Assembly: GCA_965221695.1 (NCBI GenBank)
Contig: OZ244905.1
Span: 480,001 to 544,000 of the forward strand
Source: Gammaproteobacteria bacterium
GTDB lineage: Bacteria; Pseudomonadota; Gammaproteobacteria; Eutrophobiales; Eutrophobiaceae
DNA length: 64,000 bases
Direction: 5' to 3'
In this document: positions 60,197 to 64,000 of the stretch, one piece after another
Layout: every line of letters begins with the position of its first letter
Numbering within the stretch: the stretch's first letter is position 1
Translations under genes and position numbers: made by a program
The notes under the pieces: generated by a model
Databases searched by the model: none
Seen by the model: the letters and a program-made list of their open reading frames with translations, nothing else
What the model was told of the DNA's origin: nothing

Positions 60197-61963
60197 GTGA
60201 ATAAGTTTCAGATAAACAGCATATGGCGCTGGCAAGGCAGAACAATATTTCTATCCTGGTTTTTTATATGTGTTTTACTTTTATTTTGTGATGACGTTTA
60301 TTCCAAGGATTGTAAGCAAAAAGCGCTTCCGTCGGATGGTTGTCAGCTAAATAGGCATGGACTTCTTGTTAATCATGCGCTTCATCTTATTGCTGATAAA
60401 GATAACTCCTCGGATGATGAGGATATCATCTTCGGTTTCGATAATGGGGACTACAAAAAAGCAAAAGAGAAAATGCGTCTGACAGACGAAGGTCTATTGG
60501 GAATAAACACCTCTACTCCTTCAGCCGTATTGGATGTGCGGGACAGACCGCTGAATTTCAAAGGAACAATAAACAAGAATAATGCTGACATTGCTACCTT
60601 AACGCCTGACTTGAGAGTCATTGCGCGTTTTGGCACGGACACATATGGTGACTCTTTATTATTGCGTGACGAAAGTAACGCAGGCCATCTGCCTAAGTTG
60701 AAGTCATATAGTGGAATGGCAATATCTGGAGGTAATATACTCAAGGTTCATCTGAGTCCGTCAAATGAACTATATGCTATTCATGATTTTGTATCAATGG
60801 TCGGACTGGATGTCGTCATGTTAGCAACGGACGCTGAGAATATTAATGCTGCCACGGATCTTCATGGCATTCACAGGTTGAATGGCCTCCCCCGAAAACA
60901 CAATCATTGGGATATTCGCGGTCGAGCTATTACCATGCATATGAACAGGCATAAATTCATTACTGTAGGTATTGGTTACGATGAAGACTATACGCCCAGA
61001 GAAAGGCTGGATGTTCACGGCGCTATTTTAATCGGCAACAATTTTCAGACTCAAAATCCCGTGCCCGGGACCATCCGCTATGCAAACGGGAGGTTTGAGG
61101 GGTATACCAATGACCAGTGGGAAGATCTGGGCGCGAAAAACGATGCCGATATCCTGGATCTACGCGAAATTTTCCTTCTTCCAGGACACGATGAGAGAGG
61201 CAAAATTGCCTTTGGCGTGGAATCAGCAAATGACGAGTACGGTAACAACTATATCGTCAACAGCCTTAATGCTCCACCTGACGATTCCTCTCATTTCTTA
61301 GTCGCAGCGGAGAAAGATGAATACAACTACAGTACTGATGATAGGCACACTTCCGGTGGAATCTCCGTAGTTACCAGCGATGCGCCACGATTTACCGTGA
61401 AGGGTAACGGTAATGCCTATATCCACAAACGTCTTTCTATCGGAGTAGGCGCGCCGGTACAGGATAGCGCGCTGACCGTGGCCGGCGCTGTTCATATAGG
61501 CCCCCGGAACTTGAAGCCAGCCACCTTTGATTATGATGACCATCTGGCAGATTACCTGTTATGGGTAGAGCGCGGCATCGTGAGTGAGGATTTTGCCATT
61601 GCAAATGTCAGACAGTGGAGCGACCATGTTTTCGATGAAAACTACCCGTTAAAACCCTTGTCTGAGGTCGAAGCTTTCATCCATGAAAATGGGCATCTGC
61701 CTGGTGTGCCTTCGGCAGAAGAAGTAGCTGATGATGGCTATAGCATGCATGATATGACGCGTATTCTGCTGGAGAAAGTAGAGGAATTGACGCTGCATAC
61801 GTTGGCCCAGCAAAAAGCCATCGAAAAACAGCAAGAAGAAATCTTGAGCTTGCGAACACAACTGACCCGGGTTGCCGAAGTTGTAGATGCGGAAATTGGG
61901 GAAACCGTACCGGTGAAGGGGCAACAAACACCGGCTCAGAAGGTTGGCAGTATCAGTTTCTGA
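60197..61963 (+). CDS. Tail-fibre-like protein with a C-terminal S74/ICA-like chaperone and coiled coil
   Basis: AGGAGG RBS, GTG start and hydrophobic N-terminus. GLLGINTSTPSAVLDV, ERLDVHGAI.IG...GTIRY and WSDHVFDENY.L.PLSEVE.FI..NGHLPGVPSA.EV...G......LLEKVEELTL motifs. Confidence 0.75.
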   Translation: MNKFQINSIWRWQGRTIFLSWFFICVLLLFCDDVYSKDCKQKALPSDGCQLNRHGLLVNHALHLIADKDNSSDDEDIIFGFDNGDYKKAKEKMRLTDEGLLGINTSTPSAVLDVRDRPLNFKGTINKNNADIATLTPDLRVIARFGTDTYGDSLLLRDESNAGHLPKLKSYSGMAISGGNILKVHLSPSNELYAIHDFVSMVGLDVVMLATDAENINAATDLHGIHRLNGLPRKHNHWDIRGRAITMHMNRHKFITVGIGYDEDYTPRERLDVHGAILIGNNFQTQNPVPGTIRYANGRFEGYTNDQWEDLGAKNDADILDLREIFLLPGHDERGKIAFGVESANDEYGNNYIVNSLNAPPDDSSHFLVAAEKDEYNYSTDDRHTSGGISVVTSDAPRFTVKGNGNAYIHKRLSIGVGAPVQDSALTVAGAVHIGPRNLKPATFDYDDHLADYLLWVERGIVSEDFAIANVRQWSDHVFDENYPLKPLSEVEAFIHENGHLPGVPSAEEVADDGYSMHDMTRILLEKVEELTLHTLAQQKAIEKQQEEILSLRTQLTRVAEVVDAEIGETVPVKGQQTPAQKVGSISF

Positions 61964-62004
61964 TTCTTGCAGTTGTTGAATTTCTCGATGCGCCATTGCT
62001 TGTC

Positions 62005-62086
62005 TTTTTTGCGCCTATGGGCACGTGCTCCCTCAACCAGAGCTACGGCTATGCTATCGGTCGCAGGCGCCCATAGGCACAAAAAA
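62005..62086. terminator. Probable bidirectional terminator between convergent genes
   Basis: TTTTTTGCGCCTATGGGC ... GCCCATAGGCACAAAAAA inverted repeat with T/A tracts on both sides and a long loop. Confidence 0.45.
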
Positions 62087-62096
62087 TCCGGCGCAA

Positions 62097-62990
62097 TCAT
62101 CGCATCGCCTGGTGAGATATCCGGGCTGATCTGTTTTCTTCCCATGACAGCGCCAGGTAAGGACGGCTTGTATTTCCACTCAACAATATCACCATATCCA
62201 GTTTTACCCTGCTTTGGCCAACAATGCCTTCGCTGGTGACGGTGAAAGTTCTGTCTCTGTGTGAGATAAAATACTCGCTGCCTGCATCCGGTATCACAGC
62301 ATTCGCGCCAGTTTTCTTGCGAGAAGCCAGAAATTTGTTTATTTGCGCTGCATCGCTGCCTGGCAACGCCAACAAAAGTTCTCTTGGCGCCACCATAGGA
62401 TTAATCCCCGGCAGTAATGAATGAACAGTCAGCAGCGGATGGATTTTCACATAGATTTTATTGTTCACCCCCGCTACCAGGCGCAGTTCATCAATGCTGT
62501 TAAAAGGTCCGTCTTTGGCGTCATAATCTACGTTGTTATAGTCACTGTCTTCAGCGCCTGATCGGCGCCGGTTACTGTCGCGGTCGCGCCAGTCAAGTAT
62601 GGCATCAAGCAGAAACGGCGTTTGCTTATCATCTCCTGCCACAGTCTTAATGACAGCATGAAGTAATTCAGGATTGGCTGTATTCAGGTCAATTTTTCCG
62701 GCTTCATCCTGAATCCGCAAATTAATTTTCTGTGTGGCAAAATTGATTGCAACTGTGCTTCCGTCCGTCGGCCACCGCCGTTTTGGCGGCGGCTTTAATA
62801 AATCCGACACCGCCAGCCACAGCCCCGCCTCAGCGATAGCCTTGGTCCTCGCTATCTCGACAATATGAACGGTAAGCTGTGTTTCTATACGCGTCGCATA
62901 ACTGTAGCCGGTAGCCATTATGGTAAGCAAGACCAGGAGCCAAAGCGTCAATACCAATACGACCCCTGCTTGTTTTGGCCTATCCCGCAT
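62097..62990 (-). CDS. gspK: Type II secretion minor pseudopilin GspK
   Basis: QAG/VVLVLTLW prepilin-like site, IQDEAGKIDLN, AILDWRD.D and PF.SIDELRLV.G motifs. Confidence 0.92.
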   Translation of the reverse strand: MRDRPKQAGVVLVLTLWLLVLLTIMATGYSYATRIETQLTVHIVEIARTKAIAEAGLWLAVSDLLKPPPKRRWPTDGSTVAINFATQKINLRIQDEAGKIDLNTANPELLHAVIKTVAGDDKQTPFLLDAILDWRDRDSNRRRSGAEDSDYNNVDYDAKDGPFNSIDELRLVAGVNNKIYVKIHPLLTVHSLLPGINPMVAPRELLLALPGSDAAQINKFLASRKKTGANAVIPDAGSEYFISHRDRTFTVTSEGIVGQSRVKLDMVILLSGNTSRPYLALSWEENRSARISHQAMR

Positions 62991-63037
62991 TTGTCAGCAG
63001 TCCGCTTGTTGCTATCGCAAACATCTGAGAAATGCGG

Positions 63038-63742
63038 CTATGCGCCAAAATTATCTTCTTCCGAGTTCAGGGTCAACTGCGGTTGCCCGTGACTGACCTG
63101 GGCCCTGAGAGCAATCACCAACTCGGGCCATTGTGCCGCTTGATCAGTGATAATCCGCAGCCGCAGCAAGTCAGGCAAACGCTCGCTGTTATTCCAATGG
63201 TTGCGCCAGGTCATCGGGCTTTCCTCATTGTCTCGCCCAAAATAATCCAGGTTAATCGTCCTGATATGCTTAATCAGGCTGATTTCATTTACTGAGCCCG
63301 GAAAACTGTTCTCATGTAACCGGGTTTTGTAACGTATCAGTGGCAGGTAGATGAGCGCCAACTCATCCCCTCTCATTTTCAGTTGCAGGAAATGCAGGCC
63401 GCTGCCGGCATGATGAGCCGGGAGTCTCGATACAAAATGTAAAGAAGAATTATTGCCGTTAAACAGCACGCGTTGTTCTCCTGCTCCCGTCAGGAGAACC
63501 GGCGCTGTTTGCTCGAGCAAGCGGCGCATGAATGATACGACTAAACGTTTATCATCGTTTTTCATGGTATGAATTTCACTTGCGCGCCAACTGTGACCCG
63601 CAGAATAAAGGCTGCCATAGAGCATAACCAGTATGAGGCTGAATAATACCAACGCTATCAACGTCTCCATCAAGGTAAAGCCGGTTACAGCGCCAGGACG
63701 AGAATCAACCCCGGTCTGATTTTCATTGTATTTGCCAGGCAC
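63038..63742 (-). CDS. gspJ: Type II secretion minor pseudopilin GspJ
   Basis: GFTLMETLIAL N-methylation motif and C-terminal W...W....LP.L.RL. Start uncertain. Confidence 0.88.
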   Translation of the reverse strand: MPGKYNENQTGVDSRPGAVTGFTLMETLIALVLFSLILVMLYGSLYSAGHSWRASEIHTMKNDDKRLVVSFMRRLLEQTAPVLLTGAGEQRVLFNGNNSSLHFVSRLPAHHAGSGLHFLQLKMRGDELALIYLPLIRYKTRLHENSFPGSVNEISLIKHIRTINLDYFGRDNEESPMTWRNHWNNSERLPDLLRLRIITDQAAQWPELVIALRAQVSHGQPQLTLNSEEDNFGA

Positions 63743-63748
63743 GGTATC

Positions 63749-64000
63749 TCAGCGTGTTTTGATTAGTTTGAGCGTTTGTATATCCACCCGCTTTATCTTG
63801 CCTCGACTTACCCAGCTCACCCTGGAACTGAACATCATCAAGGTATACGGAGGTGATGTGAAACCTATTTGGTAGTTTTCATTCATATAGTCATCTATGC
63901 GGATCTCCCAATCATATTTATTGTCTACTCTACCGCGCTTTTGAAAACCAAGTATTTTGTGATCGGCTGAAACGCCAGCCAGTTTGGCTTCGGCAATTGC
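63749..64000 (-). CDS. gspI: Type II secretion minor pseudopilin GspI (C-terminal part; 5' end outside the window)
   Basis: Manual translation AIAEAKLAGV...KYDWEIRI...RVSWVSRGKIKRVDIQTLKL*, immediately upstream of gspJ. Confidence 0.75.
   Translation of the reverse strand, partial: AIAEAKLAGVSADHKILGFQKRGRVDNKYDWEIRIDDYMNENYQIGFTSPPYTLMMFSSRVSWVSRGKIKRVDIQTLKLIKTR

Noticed and set aside
60197-61963. Prophage or contractile injection system
   Set aside because: No sheath, tube, baseplate, capsid, terminase or integrase genes in the window.

Overview
64 kb of a gammaproteobacterial chromosome (ffh-ypjD-yfjD, ubiG-gph, dsbB, ygfZ, avtA). Housekeeping genes fill most of 1-37 kb: avtA, glycerate kinase, dimeric dUTPase, GST, cfa-like methyltransferase, ubiG-gph, an sdhCDAB-sdhE operon with an unannotated DUF1674/SDHAF4 gene, dsbB, ffh, gor, modABC and a peptide ABC ATPase. 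There are three accessory segments. (1) A decayed islet at ~7.9-9.3 kb with vapBC, gene relics and an IS21-type end. (2) A catabolic module at 16-23.7 kb: UbiD-family gene, hydantoinase/oxoprolinase A+B and a TonB-dependent receptor. (3) A ~22.5 kb block (39.56-62.1 kb) lying between gspK and gspL of a type II secretion operon. Block 3 holds a FadR/GntR regulator, a MITE-flanked 1276-aa secreted orphan protein, a galactan/galactose locus (lactonase, SDR, IlvD/Edd dehydratase, GH53, SSS symporter, GH2) and a tail-fibre-like protein with an S74-type chaperone end. Its most striking gene is a single 2169-aa ORF joining 8 FN3 repeats, an autotransporter barrel and a complete TonB-dependent transporter. 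A multi-hairpin MITE family occurs at 7 sites. No rRNA, convincing tRNA or CRISPR array was seen. All family calls come from motif recognition by eye, not database searches.
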